Part shown: one piece after another, positions 8,301 to 17,553 of the stretch
Layout of the letters: the number at the start of each line of letters is the position of its first letter
Position numbering within the stretch: position 1 is the first letter of the stretch
Assembly (NCBI GenBank): GCA_029856125.1
Contig: JAHQWJ010000116.1
Coordinates: 1-22,711 of the forward strand
Direction: 5' to 3'
DNA from: Promethearchaeia archaeon
GTDB taxonomy: Archaea; Asgardarchaeota; Lokiarchaeia; Sigyniarchaeales; SOKP01
DNA: 22,711 nucleotides
Notes under the pieces: generated by a model
The model's database searches: none
What the model saw: only the letters and a program-made list of their open reading frames with translations
What the model was told of the DNA's origin: nothing
Position numbers and translations under genes: made by a program

Positions 8301-9047
8301 TTACGCTTTTCCAAATCTCTTGAATATTACTGTTCCAATAATTACTATAACTATACTATAAACAGCTAAGACTCCTAAATTAATCCAAATAGTTATGTCT
8401 GTCAATGGAACACCATTAAAGATCATTTGTATTGAATTAGTAGAATAATAGATTGGAAAAAATATTCCTATTACTTGTGTAGCTTCTGACATTGGGATCC
8501 AAGTACCTAAAAGCATTTGTGGCATGAAAAATATCATTGATACTCCCACAGCAGCTCCAGAGCTTTTTGCGAATGTTGCAGAGATAAGACCAAAACCAAC
8601 AGATGATAGCGCTAGGAATCCTACAAACGCAAATGCTAATAAAAAGCCCGAAGACCTAATACGAAAGCCTAGTATTAAAGCTAACCCCGTTATAATTGCT
8701 ACTTGTAAGAGAGATATTAGTATATTAGCGATTACATGACTTCCCATAAATTCTCCGGATGTTGTAGGTGTGGTATTCATTCTGTCGAGTAATCCATCTT
8801 TTCGGTAGTCAGTAAACGCCATAGCAACAGTCATGACGATATATACACACGTAAACCCATATATCCCAGGTATCATGAAATCAAAAATACTGACTCCAGG
8901 GGTGGAGGTGGGAGTATCTGACAAAGCTAACCCAAATGTTAGAGTTAATATTACAGGCAATAATATCAAAGAGAAAAGATAAGTTGGATCTCGTATCAGT
9001 TTTTTAAGTTCCAATTTTAACAGTGCCATAGTTCTTTGTAAATTCAT
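8301..9047 (-). CDS. ABC-2 type exporter permease
   Basis: 248 aa, 6 TM; ELKKLIRD, FMIPGI, R.DG.L.R..TP, LLG.W.P motifs; 2 nt from the ATPase gene. Confidence 0.9.
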   Translation of the reverse strand: MNLQRTMALLKLELKKLIRDPTYLFSLILLPVILTLTFGLALSDTPTSTPGVSIFDFMIPGIYGFTCVYIVMTVAMAFTDYRKDGLLDRMNTTPTTSGEFMGSHVIANILISLLQVAIITGLALILGFRIRSSGFLLAFAFVGFLALSSVGFGLISATFAKSSGAAVGVSMIFFMPQMLLGTWIPMSEATQVIGIFFPIYYSTNSIQMIFNGVPLTDITIWINLGVLAVYSIVIVIIGTVIFKRFGKA

Positions 9048-9049
9048 TT

Positions 9050-9850
9050 TTAAAGCCCCTCCGTAATTCTTCTACCTGTAATTTTTAAAAATACTTTCTC
9101 TAAATCTTCTACATTGTGTTTTTCCATTAATTCTTTAGGCGTACCAGTATCGATCAACTCACCAAAATCAATAATAGCAACGTGATCACTAAGAGCTTCT
9201 GCTTCCTCGATATAATGGGTTGTCAAAACAATAGTTTTTCCTCTCTCCTTAAGAGAACCGATAAATTCCCAAGTTTTTCGACGTACTCGTGCATCCATAC
9301 CCACCGTAGGTTCGTCAAGAAATAGAATATCTGGGTCCCCAATTAAGGCCATCAACATATTAATCTGACGCAGCATTCCACCGCTATAACCCTTTGCTTT
9401 TCGCTTGCTTTGTTCTGTAAAATCTGTTGCTTCTAAGAGCTCATTGGTTTTCTCTTTTAACACCTTTTTATCTAGTGCATGGAGATTTCCATAAAGTTCA
9501 ATATTTTCTCGTCCTGAAAGAAACTTATAGATAGCTGCTTGTTGAGGGCAAACACCAATCAATTCTTTGATCTTATTAAGATCATTCCTTACATTATACC
9601 CTCCTACATAAATTTCACCGCTCGTCGGTTTTAATAGACCAATCATCATTTTAATAGTCGTAGTCTTCCCCGCACCATTTGGTCCTAATAAACCAAATAT
9701 TTCACCTTTATTTATCTTAAAAGAAATATCTTGAACGGCCTTTACATCATCGAAATGCTTTTTTAGATTTTGAACCTCAATTGCTATATTGTTAGAACTT
9801 CCTTTTTTCAAATCAGATTCTTCTGAAATTGTCATTTTTTCATCACTCAT
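9050..9850 (-). CDS. ABC exporter ATP-binding protein (DrrA-like)
   Basis: Walker A GPNGAGKT, signature YSGGM, Walker B ILFLDEPT, H-loop LTTH. Confidence 0.95.
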   Translation of the reverse strand: MSDEKMTISEESDLKKGSSNNIAIEVQNLKKHFDDVKAVQDISFKINKGEIFGLLGPNGAGKTTTIKMMIGLLKPTSGEIYVGGYNVRNDLNKIKELIGVCPQQAAIYKFLSGRENIELYGNLHALDKKVLKEKTNELLEATDFTEQSKRKAKGYSGGMLRQINMLMALIGDPDILFLDEPTVGMDARVRRKTWEFIGSLKERGKTIVLTTHYIEEAEALSDHVAIIDFGELIDTGTPKELMEKHNVEDLEKVFLKITGRRITEGL

Positions 9851-9852
9851 AT

Positions 9853-10065
9853 TTAATTATTTTTTGTTTTATTTATCTTGTACCATAATAATCCATAATT
9901 TAACGCTGGACCCGCAATTGTAATTACAAGTGATATGATAAAGAACGCTAAGTTTGGAGCGTTCATCCAATAAATAGGCCACATAATTATCAATACGACG
10001 ATCCATATCCCCAAAATTACCCAATTAATTTCTTTATATGTTGGGGATTTTTTTGTATCACTCAT
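9853..10065 (-). CDS. Small 2-TM membrane protein, first gene of the ABC operon
   Basis: 70 aa, two hydrophobic helices; stop lies 2 nt from the ATPase start. Confidence 0.7.
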   Translation of the reverse strand: MSDTKKSPTYKEINWVILGIWIVVLIIMWPIYWMNAPNLAFFIISLVITIAGPALNYGLLWYKINKTKNN

Positions 10066-10346
10066 TTTTATTGTTTTTTTATTTTTTTTTGTTCGGTTTT
10101 TTTTTGTTTAAACCTATTTTATATGAAAATTATTGCCCAAAATTAAATTTATCGATAATATCCTATAACCTTGCGCATTATGAATAAATATTCAATTAAA
10201 AAAATGTAAAAATACTTGGTCAATTAATCAACTAATCTAAATAATCTAATAACAATAACATTAGACTAAAAAGAAGTTATTTTTTCAAAATTCACTTCTT
10301 TTACAAAAATAAAAACAAAGATTATTATATAGAATTAGAAAAAACA

Positions 10347-10502
10347 CTATTTAGGAACTATAGTTATTACTACATTTCCCTTTTTGTGTCCTTTTTCGAC
10401 ATATCTGTGAGCTTCTACTATTTGTTCCAATGGATATTTTTTATCTATAGCTGATTTAACCTTTCCAGTTTCACAGAGTTCTTTGAGAAAAATTAGATTC
10501 AT
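10347..10502 (-). pseudogene. C-terminal 51-aa stub of a fourth MDR oxidoreductase
   Basis: Not in the ORF track: [51 protein letters not shown], matching the C-termini of the three intact paralogs. Confidence 0.85.
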
Positions 10503-10605
10503 TTTTTTATGTTTTATTGGTAATTTTAATAGATTATTTTTTTATTTAAAAATAATCATTTTTTGGCTAAATTTAATACAGATTCGCGTTCTAATAAAAG
10601 AAGGT

Positions 10606-10866
10606 TCACAAATTTGGAAAAAAAATATTCAACGGAAACTTATTGCCTTTAGATAGAAGGAAAGGTAATTTTCCATCGAAATAATCAGAATATAAAATAA
10701 AAAACAAACAACCTAAAAAATCAATAAAATCCTCATTTTTATTCTCAAATGAATATATATTGGAACTTAAAATATCAAAATTTTTTCCAATTAGTTGAAA
10801 TTTGGGAAAACAACCAGCTCTTTTTTTTTCATTTTGTTCTAAGTAATTGATCAAGCCAACAATCAT
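10606..10866 (-). CDS. Hypothetical protein or fragment
   Basis: 86-aa ORF co-oriented with neighbours; no motif recognised. Confidence 0.35.
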   Translation of the reverse strand: MIVGLINYLEQNEKKRAGCFPKFQLIGKNFDILSSNIYSFENKNEDFIDFLGCLFFILYSDYFDGKLPFLLSKGNKFPLNIFFPNL

Positions 10867-10922
10867 AATACTTTGCTGATAAAAAAATAAAAAAAATTAT
10901 TTTTTGATTTTAGAAATAAATT

Positions 10923-11288
10923 CTAGCTTCCTTTATTTTTAGCGCTTAACTTGATTATTCCTCCAGATAATACCCCAAACACAATAGTAAGGGAAATGGC
11001 AACAACGAGGAACATCATATTGCTTGGATCGAGTAGTGCGTAAGCAACCCAAACGACTCCTATAGCTGCTCCAAATAACCAGCCAATTACTTCTTTAACA
11101 TCAACTTCCTTTTTGCTTAACGCAATAAGTCCACCAGATACTGTACCCAACAATATTGTTAGGGAAATAGCTACAACGAGAAACAACATATTTCCTGCTC
11201 CGAGAAATGCAAAAGCTATCCAGACGACTGCTATAAGTGCGCCTAAGAGTTCGCCAATTAATGTTTTAGAATTATACAAATTTTTCAC
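10923..11288 (-). CDS. 4-TM membrane protein built from an internal tandem duplication
   Basis: Two ~57-aa units, each IG.L.GA.I.VVW.A.A.L...NM.FLVVAISLTI..G..SGG.I.LS. Confidence 0.75.
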   Translation of the reverse strand: MKNLYNSKTLIGELLGALIAVVWIAFAFLGAGNMLFLVVAISLTILLGTVSGGLIALSKKEVDVKEVIGWLFGAAIGVVWVAYALLDPSNMMFLVVAISLTIVFGVLSGGIIKLSAKNKGS

Positions 11289-11450
11289 TTTTAAAATTAT
11301 TTTTTTTAATTTAATTTTAAATTAATTCATTAACAATTATATAGATTGGGAATCTAATAAGAGAGACAACAAAAGTGGAAAAAAATTTGTAGTGAATATT
11401 AGCTATACTTAACTAAAAGGAATGGATATGCATAGGGAAAGGATGTAACA

Positions 11451-11597
11451 TTAAAATAATCTTTTTAATTGTTGAAGTTCTTCAGAACTGACTTGCTGTG
11501 GTGTTTTTATTTGAGCATTCAGAACTTTTGCGAAGACTTTAGCGATCTTCTCAGTATTATTATGATGATAAGAAAATAAAACTAAAAGCGATTTCAT
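11451..11597 (-). pseudogene. Flavodoxin-family N-terminal stub
   Basis: Not in the ORF track: MKSLLVLFSYHHNNTEKIAKVFAKVLNAQIKTPQQVSSEELQQLKRLF*. S..H.NTEKIA is an FMN-phosphate loop; similarity ends before the G.GS.IY strand. Confidence 0.75.
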
Positions 11598-11650
11598 TAT
11601 TATTCTTCCAATCTGCTAGGTTTCGTTATTTTATGGGACAGTTTTATTAT

Positions 11651-11667
11651 TTTTTTATGTAAATTAT
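11651..11667. repeat. 17-bp direct repeat, copy A (copy B 12364-12380)
   Basis: ttttttatgtaaattat, exact at both positions, bracketing the 11669-12340 gene. Confidence 0.7.
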
Positions 11668-11668
11668 T

Positions 11669-12340
11669 TTAAAAAAACAACAGAAATATCCCGATGATTA
11701 CTTCAAATGAAATCGCCGACAGACCACCTACAATTAATAGGACTCGAAAGCTAGTTTTTGTTTTAAGGTTAGGTTTTTTAAGTCCTATCACATTATCTAA
11801 GCCAATTAAAATACTGGCAACAATACCTAACCATCCAATAAAGATGGGTGCCACTCCATAGGTAATTAAAACGATTGAAAATGCAAGATTACCAATGGTC
11901 CAAAGGATCATAGCAAATTTGAATCTAGAGCCAATTGCTTTGGTAGTGGTACGAGCTAAATCAATCAACGAACTTTTTTCGGCGCTATCACTACTTGAGT
12001 ATTTTCCTGCTATTTTGAGAAAACTCCCGTAGTTTTTATCATTAGAGATTAGGATCAAGCCTTCTCCTATTCGACAGATGAGTAGAACAATTCCAAGTAT
12101 TATGTTATATGGAGGACCAAAAACTAAAAACAGTGTTATAGTAAGAGTAATGACGCTTACATTATGTATGAGCGCCAACACGAGCGTTAGTTGAAATTTT
12201 TTTCGATTCTCGTTAATCCTTTGTAGTTCAGCTTCAAAATCACTTATTTCTACTTTATAACCTAATACTGGTTGAATTACGACGTATAAAACTAGTATAA
12301 ACAGAAAGAGAAAACCAGCTAATTTTATTAGGATAATCAA
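11669..12340 (-). CDS. DUF4386-like membrane protein, paralog 2
   Basis: 223 aa; [31 protein letters not shown]; TTG start. Confidence 0.7.
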   Translation of the reverse strand: MIILIKLAGFLFLFILVLYVVIQPVLGYKVEISDFEAELQRINENRKKFQLTLVLALIHNVSVITLTITLFLVFGPPYNIILGIVLLICRIGEGLILISNDKNYGSFLKIAGKYSSSDSAEKSSLIDLARTTTKAIGSRFKFAMILWTIGNLAFSIVLITYGVAPIFIGWLGIVASILIGLDNVIGLKKPNLKTKTSFRVLLIVGGLSAISFEVIIGIFLLFF

Positions 12341-12363
12341 AGGGAATACTCCACATTGCTGTA

Positions 12364-12380
12364 TTTTTTATGTAAATTAT
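12364..12380. repeat. 17-bp direct repeat, copy B
   Basis: Exact match to 11651-11667. Confidence 0.7.
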
Positions 12381-12402
12381 ATTGTGTAATTTTTTGTCAT
12401 CT
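12378..12402 (-). repeat. 25-bp RBS+ATT leader element, copy 3
   Basis: + strand tatattgtgtaattttttgtcatct; 22/25 identical to copy 2. Confidence 0.7.
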
Positions 12403-12586
12403 CTGTTTTAATTTATTTCTAATTATATTTTTTTTATCATAACTGTTTAAAAAAGTTTATTAAAGTATTACCTTAAAATATCCTAAAAATGTCAAAAATA
12501 AAACTTAATCATCACATGGATAAAAAAAATATAGCAGATTTTAATTATTCGTTTATTCCTCCTTTTAAATCAGTCGAAACCACTTA

Positions 12587-13522
12587 TTAGGGTTTGTTAC
12601 TATGTTCCACATTTATGACCACATTTCCCTTCTTGTGCCCTTTGTCAACGTATCTATGAGCTTCTACGATCTCTTCCAACGGTAGAGTTCTATCAATGAC
12701 TGCTTTTAACTTTCCTGCTTCAATAAGCTCTTTGAGGAAAAATAGTACATCCGTTGACACCTTTGTTGACATCTTAATGTTAAGATAAGTTCCTGTCTTC
12801 TTTAGAAACTTTTTACCTTGAGAAGTCGGAATCTTGTCTACTGCATCAAAAATAACGTCATAAGGCTCACCACTTTTGGTGAAATCCTCTTTTGTGTAAT
12901 CAATTACCTTATCGGCTCCCAGAGATCTCACCATTTCTAAATTAGTTGTACTGCATACTCCGGTAACCTCTGCCCCAAAGGATTTGGCAAGCTGTACCGC
13001 AAGGGAACCTGCACTTCCGGAAGCTCCATAGATCAAAACTCTTTGCCCATTCTGGATATTTGCCTTTCTAAGAATACTCAGTACTGTAATTCCCGAAGCG
13101 GGAATTGCGGCAGCTTCCTCGTAGGTCATATTAGTCGGTTTTAGAGATATCACACCCCTTTTTGCCACCTTCCCTTCTACAGGTAAAGCAGGCTGACATA
13201 TATACTCGGCATAAGCACCAAAACTAAAACCGGTGAACGCAAAAACTTGGTCACCTTTCTTAAATACTTCTACATCTTTGCCTACTGCTTCAATTTCCCC
13301 AGAGAACTCCATCCCTAGTATAGTTATTCTCTTTGGTCTTTTTAAACCATTATAAAGTTTTGCTGCCTTTGGCTCACCCTTTCGCATGTTCGAATCCCCG
13401 TGATGGACTGTTGTTGCATGAATCTTCACGAGTACTTCATTGGCCTTTGGAATAGGTTTTTCTACTTCTTTGAGCTGAAGAACTTCAGGTGATCCGTATT
13501 TTTCATATACAATCGCTTTCAT
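12587..13522 (-). CDS. Zinc-independent MDR oxidoreductase, paralog 2
   Basis: 311 aa; [34 protein letters not shown]. Confidence 0.9.
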   Translation of the reverse strand: MKAIVYEKYGSPEVLQLKEVEKPIPKANEVLVKIHATTVHHGDSNMRKGEPKAAKLYNGLKRPKRITILGMEFSGEIEAVGKDVEVFKKGDQVFAFTGFSFGAYAEYICQPALPVEGKVAKRGVISLKPTNMTYEEAAAIPASGITVLSILRKANIQNGQRVLIYGASGSAGSLAVQLAKSFGAEVTGVCSTTNLEMVRSLGADKVIDYTKEDFTKSGEPYDVIFDAVDKIPTSQGKKFLKKTGTYLNIKMSTKVSTDVLFFLKELIEAGKLKAVIDRTLPLEEIVEAHRYVDKGHKKGNVVINVEHSNKP

Positions 13523-13566
13523 AATATTTTTTATCTCCGTTCTTTAAAAAAAATTTATTATTTAAT

Positions 13567-14220
13567 TTAATAAAAAAACAATAGCCATCCTCCCAAGACT
13601 ACTTCAAAAATCAAGATTAACAGCCCTCCTAAGCTCCACAGGATTTTAACGTTAGGTTTTACTCGAAATATCCCGTTACCGAAGCCATAGAGAATGCTAG
13701 CAATAATTCCAAACCATCCAATAATTGATGGTACAACTCCATAAGTAACAAACAGGATTGAGTATGCGAGTGTACCTATGGAGAATAAGATTTGTGCAAA
13801 TGTGAATCGAGACTCTTTTGTATTAAGAATGCTGCGACCTAAATCAATTAATGTATCTCTTTTAGCACCACTAGTATCTGGGTATTTTATTGCTAGATCG
13901 AGGAGTCCCCAGTAGCTTTTTTTATCATAGATTTGGATCAAGGCTTCTCCTATTCGAGAGATAGCCCAAACAATTCCTAGTATTATGTTATATGGGCTAA
14001 AAGCAAGAAACAATGTTACAGCAAGAGAAATTATGCTAAAGTGTTCTATGAGGATTAGCACGAAACTAATTTTAAATTTTTTTGGATCGGTGTTAATCTC
14101 TTGCAGTTTAGCGTCTGAATTCAAATCACTAAATGTTTTATAGCCAAATTTACCACTTGTAATGTTTGTAATTATAATAAACAGAAAGAGAAAACCAGAT
14201 AACTTCGCTTCGATAATCAA
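13567..14220 (-). CDS. DUF4386-like membrane protein, paralog 3
   Basis: 217 aa; [33 protein letters not shown] start overlaps the upstream MDR TGA (TTGA). Confidence 0.7.
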   Translation of the reverse strand: MIIEAKLSGFLFLFIIITNITSGKFGYKTFSDLNSDAKLQEINTDPKKFKISFVLILIEHFSIISLAVTLFLAFSPYNIILGIVWAISRIGEALIQIYDKKSYWGLLDLAIKYPDTSGAKRDTLIDLGRSILNTKESRFTFAQILFSIGTLAYSILFVTYGVVPSIIGWFGIIASILYGFGNGIFRVKPNVKILWSLGGLLILIFEVVLGGWLLFFY

Positions 14221-15170
14221 AAGGAATCCCTCATAGATATTATTACATGTCCTGTTTTATCGCCTGTTTCAACATACCTGTTGGCCTCGGCAGTCTGTTC
14301 CAGCGGGTAGCTTCTATCTATGATCGATTTTATCTTTCCCGCTTCAATAAGCTCTTTTATTATTAGTAAAACTTCAAGCTTCGGCTTGACTCCCGTACCC
14401 TTTATAACGTTTAGATAGAGTCCTGTCGTCTTTAGAGTCTTTTTAGCTCGTGAAGACGAAATCTTGCCTACTATGTCAAGAATATAATCATAAGTCTCAC
14501 CGCTTTTTGTGAAATCTTCTTGAGTGTAATCGATGACATGGTCTGCACCAATGGAGCGCAGCATGTCCAATTTATTCGTGCTGTCCACAGCAGTCACTTC
14601 AGCCCCATAGTACTTGGCCAGTTGTACCGCAAAAGTACCTACAGTTCCACCCGCACCATTAATCAGAACTTTTTGTCCAATCTGGATATTTCCTTGTCTA
14701 ATATACTCCAATGCTTCAAGGCCCCCAACAGGAACGGCGGTAGCTTCTTCATAGGTCATATTGGTCGGTTTTATTGCCATTATCGCCTGATCAGATTTTT
14801 CAGATTTTTCAGATTTTTCAGGTAGACATATGTACTCAGCCCAAGCACCCATACCGATAAAACCGGTAGCTGCAAAAACTTGGTCACCTTTCTTAAATAG
14901 TGTTACATCTTTGCCTACTGATTCAATTTCCCCGGCTAACTCCATCCCTAGTTTAGTTATCCTCGTTGGTCTTCTGAGACCCACATATGCGCGCATGAGG
15001 TACCGGAACTTGAGTGCGGTTTTCATTCTTCGCATTTCACAATCCCCAGCTGTTACTGTTGTTGCATGTATTTTTATCAATACTTCATTGTCCTTGGGAG
15101 TAGGTTTTTCTACTTCTTTGAGCTGAAGAACATCCGGAGGGCCGTATTTTGTCCATACAATCGCCTTCAT
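14217..15170 (-). CDS. Zinc-independent MDR oxidoreductase, paralog 3
   Basis: [15 protein letters not shown], start by analogy with paralogs (track start 15197); [22 protein letters not shown]. Confidence 0.9.
   Translation of the reverse strand: MKAIVWTKYGPPDVLQLKEVEKPTPKDNEVLIKIHATTVTAGDCEMRRMKTALKFRYLMRAYVGLRRPTRITKLGMELAGEIESVGKDVTLFKKGDQVFAATGFIGMGAWAEYICLPEKSEKSEKSDQAIMAIKPTNMTYEEATAVPVGGLEALEYIRQGNIQIGQKVLINGAGGTVGTFAVQLAKYYGAEVTAVDSTNKLDMLRSIGADHVIDYTQEDFTKSGETYDYILDIVGKISSSRAKKTLKTTGLYLNVIKGTGVKPKLEVLLIIKELIEAGKIKSIIDRSYPLEQTAEANRYVETGDKTGHVIISMRDSF
14791..14821. repeat. In-frame 9-bp tandem repeat (TCAGATTTT x3.4)
   Basis: Encodes EKSEKSEKS in MDR paralog 3. Confidence 0.9.
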
Positions 15171-15267
15171 AATAAGCCTTATTAGAATACATTCCATATA
15201 AATTGATGTCTGGGTTAAGAATGATTATTCTTTTCCATTTTTTTCACTCTTTTTTAATTTTGAACTG

Positions 15268-15286
15268 AAAAAAGTTATCTATCTAA
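15268..15286. repeat. 19-bp direct repeat, copy A (copy B 18733-18751)
   Basis: aaaaaagttatctatctaa, exact at both positions. Confidence 0.8.
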
Positions 15287-15288
15287 AT

Positions 15289-17172
15289 TTATATTATTGG
15301 AAGTGAAAAATAAAATTTAGAACCCTTGTTCCGACCTTCTGACTCAAACCACATCTTTCCATCATGTAATTCTACAATCTTTTTTGAAATATACAAACCT
15401 AATCCAGAACCTTCTGAAAAAACATCAAATCCATTACTTTCTCTAGCTATTTTTCCAAATTTATTAAAAATCGTTATTTTTTCATCTTCTGTAAAACCAA
15501 TTCCTCTATCTTTTATCGAAATAATAATAGATGTGCCATTTAGTTCTGATTTTATATTGATAATCGTATTATGTGGAGAGTATTTTATGGCGTTACTTAA
15601 TAAGTTTGATATAACTTCATAAATTTGGTCTTTATTAAATTTAGTTAAAATAAGATTGGCTATGCCTAAATTAATATCTATTTCTCTCGTCTCGGCCAAG
15701 GATTGTACTTCATTTACACAGAGTTTAATCAGTAATGATAAATCTTCTTCTTTTGTATGTAGTTCAATTTTGCAAGTTTCTAATTTAGAACTTTCAATAA
15801 GTTTATGTATAATACCTTCAAGTCTAACGCAACCTCTTTGAATCCCTTCAATCATATTTAATTGGTCCTGGTTAAGCTTTTTATTCTTTAATTTTATTAG
15901 TTCCGCATAACCCTTTATGCTATTTAAAGGAGTTTTTAGCTCGTGGGAAGCTCTGCCAAGGAATTCAGTTTTTAAGTTGCTAACTTCTTGTAATTCCTTA
16001 TTATGCTCTTCTAATATCCTTTCGGCGTTTTTAATTTTTGTAATATCTTGAGTAATGACTTGAAATAGTGTTTCCTTTTTCAGTCTTACAATAGATGCTA
16101 ACATTGATACCCAAATAACACTTCCATCTTTTTTGTGGAGTTTTAATTCTTGCGGTTCTGGTATTTCACCTTTAATCAACTTATTAAGGTTATTAAAAAC
16201 TATTGCACTATGTTCTTTTGAGAAAAGGGGAAATTTTCTGAAGTTTTGTCCAACAAATTCCTCTTTTTTATATCCAAAAATCTTTTCTATATTAGAGTTG
16301 CCTTGAATGACAATTCCTTTTGTATTTATTAAGCCAACAGCGTTAGGTGAGTTTTCAAAGAGTGTTCTATATTTTTCTTCTGATTCCTTTAATTTTTGCT
16401 CAGCTTCCTTCCTTTTAGCTATGTTTCTAGTGATACCCACAAGACCAAAGGCAATCCCTTTCTCGTTTCGCATAGGATTAACTGTTACTTCGCATGGAAT
16501 TATTGATCCATTCTTATGATATTGGTCTAATTCTAATCTAAGCACAGGATTATAATTTCTATCTTTAATGTTTTTGGGTGTTATATGTTTTTTTATCAAT
16601 TTTCCAATTTTCTTTAGTGATTCTGGTGTGAACTTTTCGGTAATAGGACGAGCAATATCTTCCTCAACAGTGTAACCAAGTATCTTTTTAACTGATGGGC
16701 TTGTGTATATAGGATTTGTGTTGAGATCATTTGTCCAGATTATATCATTGATATTGTTAGCAAGTAGCTCATATTTTTGCTCGGTTTCTCGTTCTTTTGT
16801 AATATCTCGTAAAACTGCAATTAGTTTTATGTTTTCGTTTTGCTTTACAACGGTACCTTTTGCAGATAAATAAACATAGTGACCATCCTTATGTAATGCT
16901 CTGTATTCAACTTGTATCGGACCTCCAGATTTTATCAAGTTAGTAAATTTACTAGTTAATTTCGGCAAGTCTTCTGGATGGATGAATTTGAACCCATTTA
17001 ATCCGATTACCTCTTCGGGTTTATAACCAAGAATACCATAAGCTTGAGGACTCACATAAGTGAAGATTCCATTCATTTCTGATTCTATGATTATATCTTG
17101 AATATGATTAATAATTACCTGAAGTTTCTCATTTGAATCTTTAATTTCTTTACTGGAAGATGAATTTGACAT
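15289..17172 (-). CDS. Cytoplasmic 3xPAS sensor histidine kinase
   Basis: Three PAS/PAC repeats (ending RDIT, RNIA, QDIT); H-box SHELKTPL, N-box NLLSNAIKY, G1 DRGIGF, G2 GSGLGL; no TM. Confidence 0.93.
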   Translation of the reverse strand: MSNSSSSKEIKDSNEKLQVIINHIQDIIIESEMNGIFTYVSPQAYGILGYKPEEVIGLNGFKFIHPEDLPKLTSKFTNLIKSGGPIQVEYRALHKDGHYVYLSAKGTVVKQNENIKLIAVLRDITKERETEQKYELLANNINDIIWTNDLNTNPIYTSPSVKKILGYTVEEDIARPITEKFTPESLKKIGKLIKKHITPKNIKDRNYNPVLRLELDQYHKNGSIIPCEVTVNPMRNEKGIAFGLVGITRNIAKRKEAEQKLKESEEKYRTLFENSPNAVGLINTKGIVIQGNSNIEKIFGYKKEEFVGQNFRKFPLFSKEHSAIVFNNLNKLIKGEIPEPQELKLHKKDGSVIWVSMLASIVRLKKETLFQVITQDITKIKNAERILEEHNKELQEVSNLKTEFLGRASHELKTPLNSIKGYAELIKLKNKKLNQDQLNMIEGIQRGCVRLEGIIHKLIESSKLETCKIELHTKEEDLSLLIKLCVNEVQSLAETREIDINLGIANLILTKFNKDQIYEVISNLLSNAIKYSPHNTIINIKSELNGTSIIISIKDRGIGFTEDEKITIFNKFGKIARESNGFDVFSEGSGLGLYISKKIVELHDGKMWFESEGRNKGSKFYFSLPII

Positions 17173-17197
17173 AATAATATTTTTTTTATTTATTTTC

Positions 17198-17467
17198 CTA
17201 ATCGAGAGCTATAAATTCCGATTTTAATAGTTTAAATAGTAACTCTTTCTTATCTTCATCAATATCCTTAATTTCTTTTCCTTTGCTAAAGTATGTATCA
17301 ATATAATTCGGGCTCGATATTACCATAGTGAGTATAAGACAATTTTTGAATTGTAATCCGGTTAATGCCTCAGATTTATTGTTTATCAAATCAGTCATAT
17401 AATCAATGTAATTGTCTATCCCATTATTCTCATGATATATCTTCAGAACATCATCATAACAATCCAT
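17198..17467 (-). CDS. Hypothetical protein, probably co-transcribed with the kinase
   Basis: 89 aa; GAGGA RBS before ATG; 25-nt gap to the kinase. Confidence 0.6.
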   Translation of the reverse strand: MDCYDDVLKIYHENNGIDNYIDYMTDLINNKSEALTGLQFKNCLILTMVISSPNYIDTYFSKGKEIKDIDEDKKELLFKLLKSEFIALD

Positions 17468-17508
17468 ATTTAATCCTCTATAAATAGAAATAGATCCTAA
17501 TTAATTAT

Positions 17509-17553
17509 TTTTTGTACAAAAATATTTGTTACTTGGTAACTTTTGTACAAAAA
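17509..17553. promoter_or_regulatory. Compound palindromic operator
   Basis: TTTTTGTACAAAAA (17509-17522), GTTAC-TTG-GTAAC (17528-17540), TTTTGTACAAAA (17541-17552); TATA-like TTATATAT on minus strand at 17566-17559. Confidence 0.6.

Noticed and set aside
17511-17522. TTTGTACAAAAA resembles the Gateway attB1 core
   Set aside because: Flanking attB bases are absent; explained by a native palindrome.
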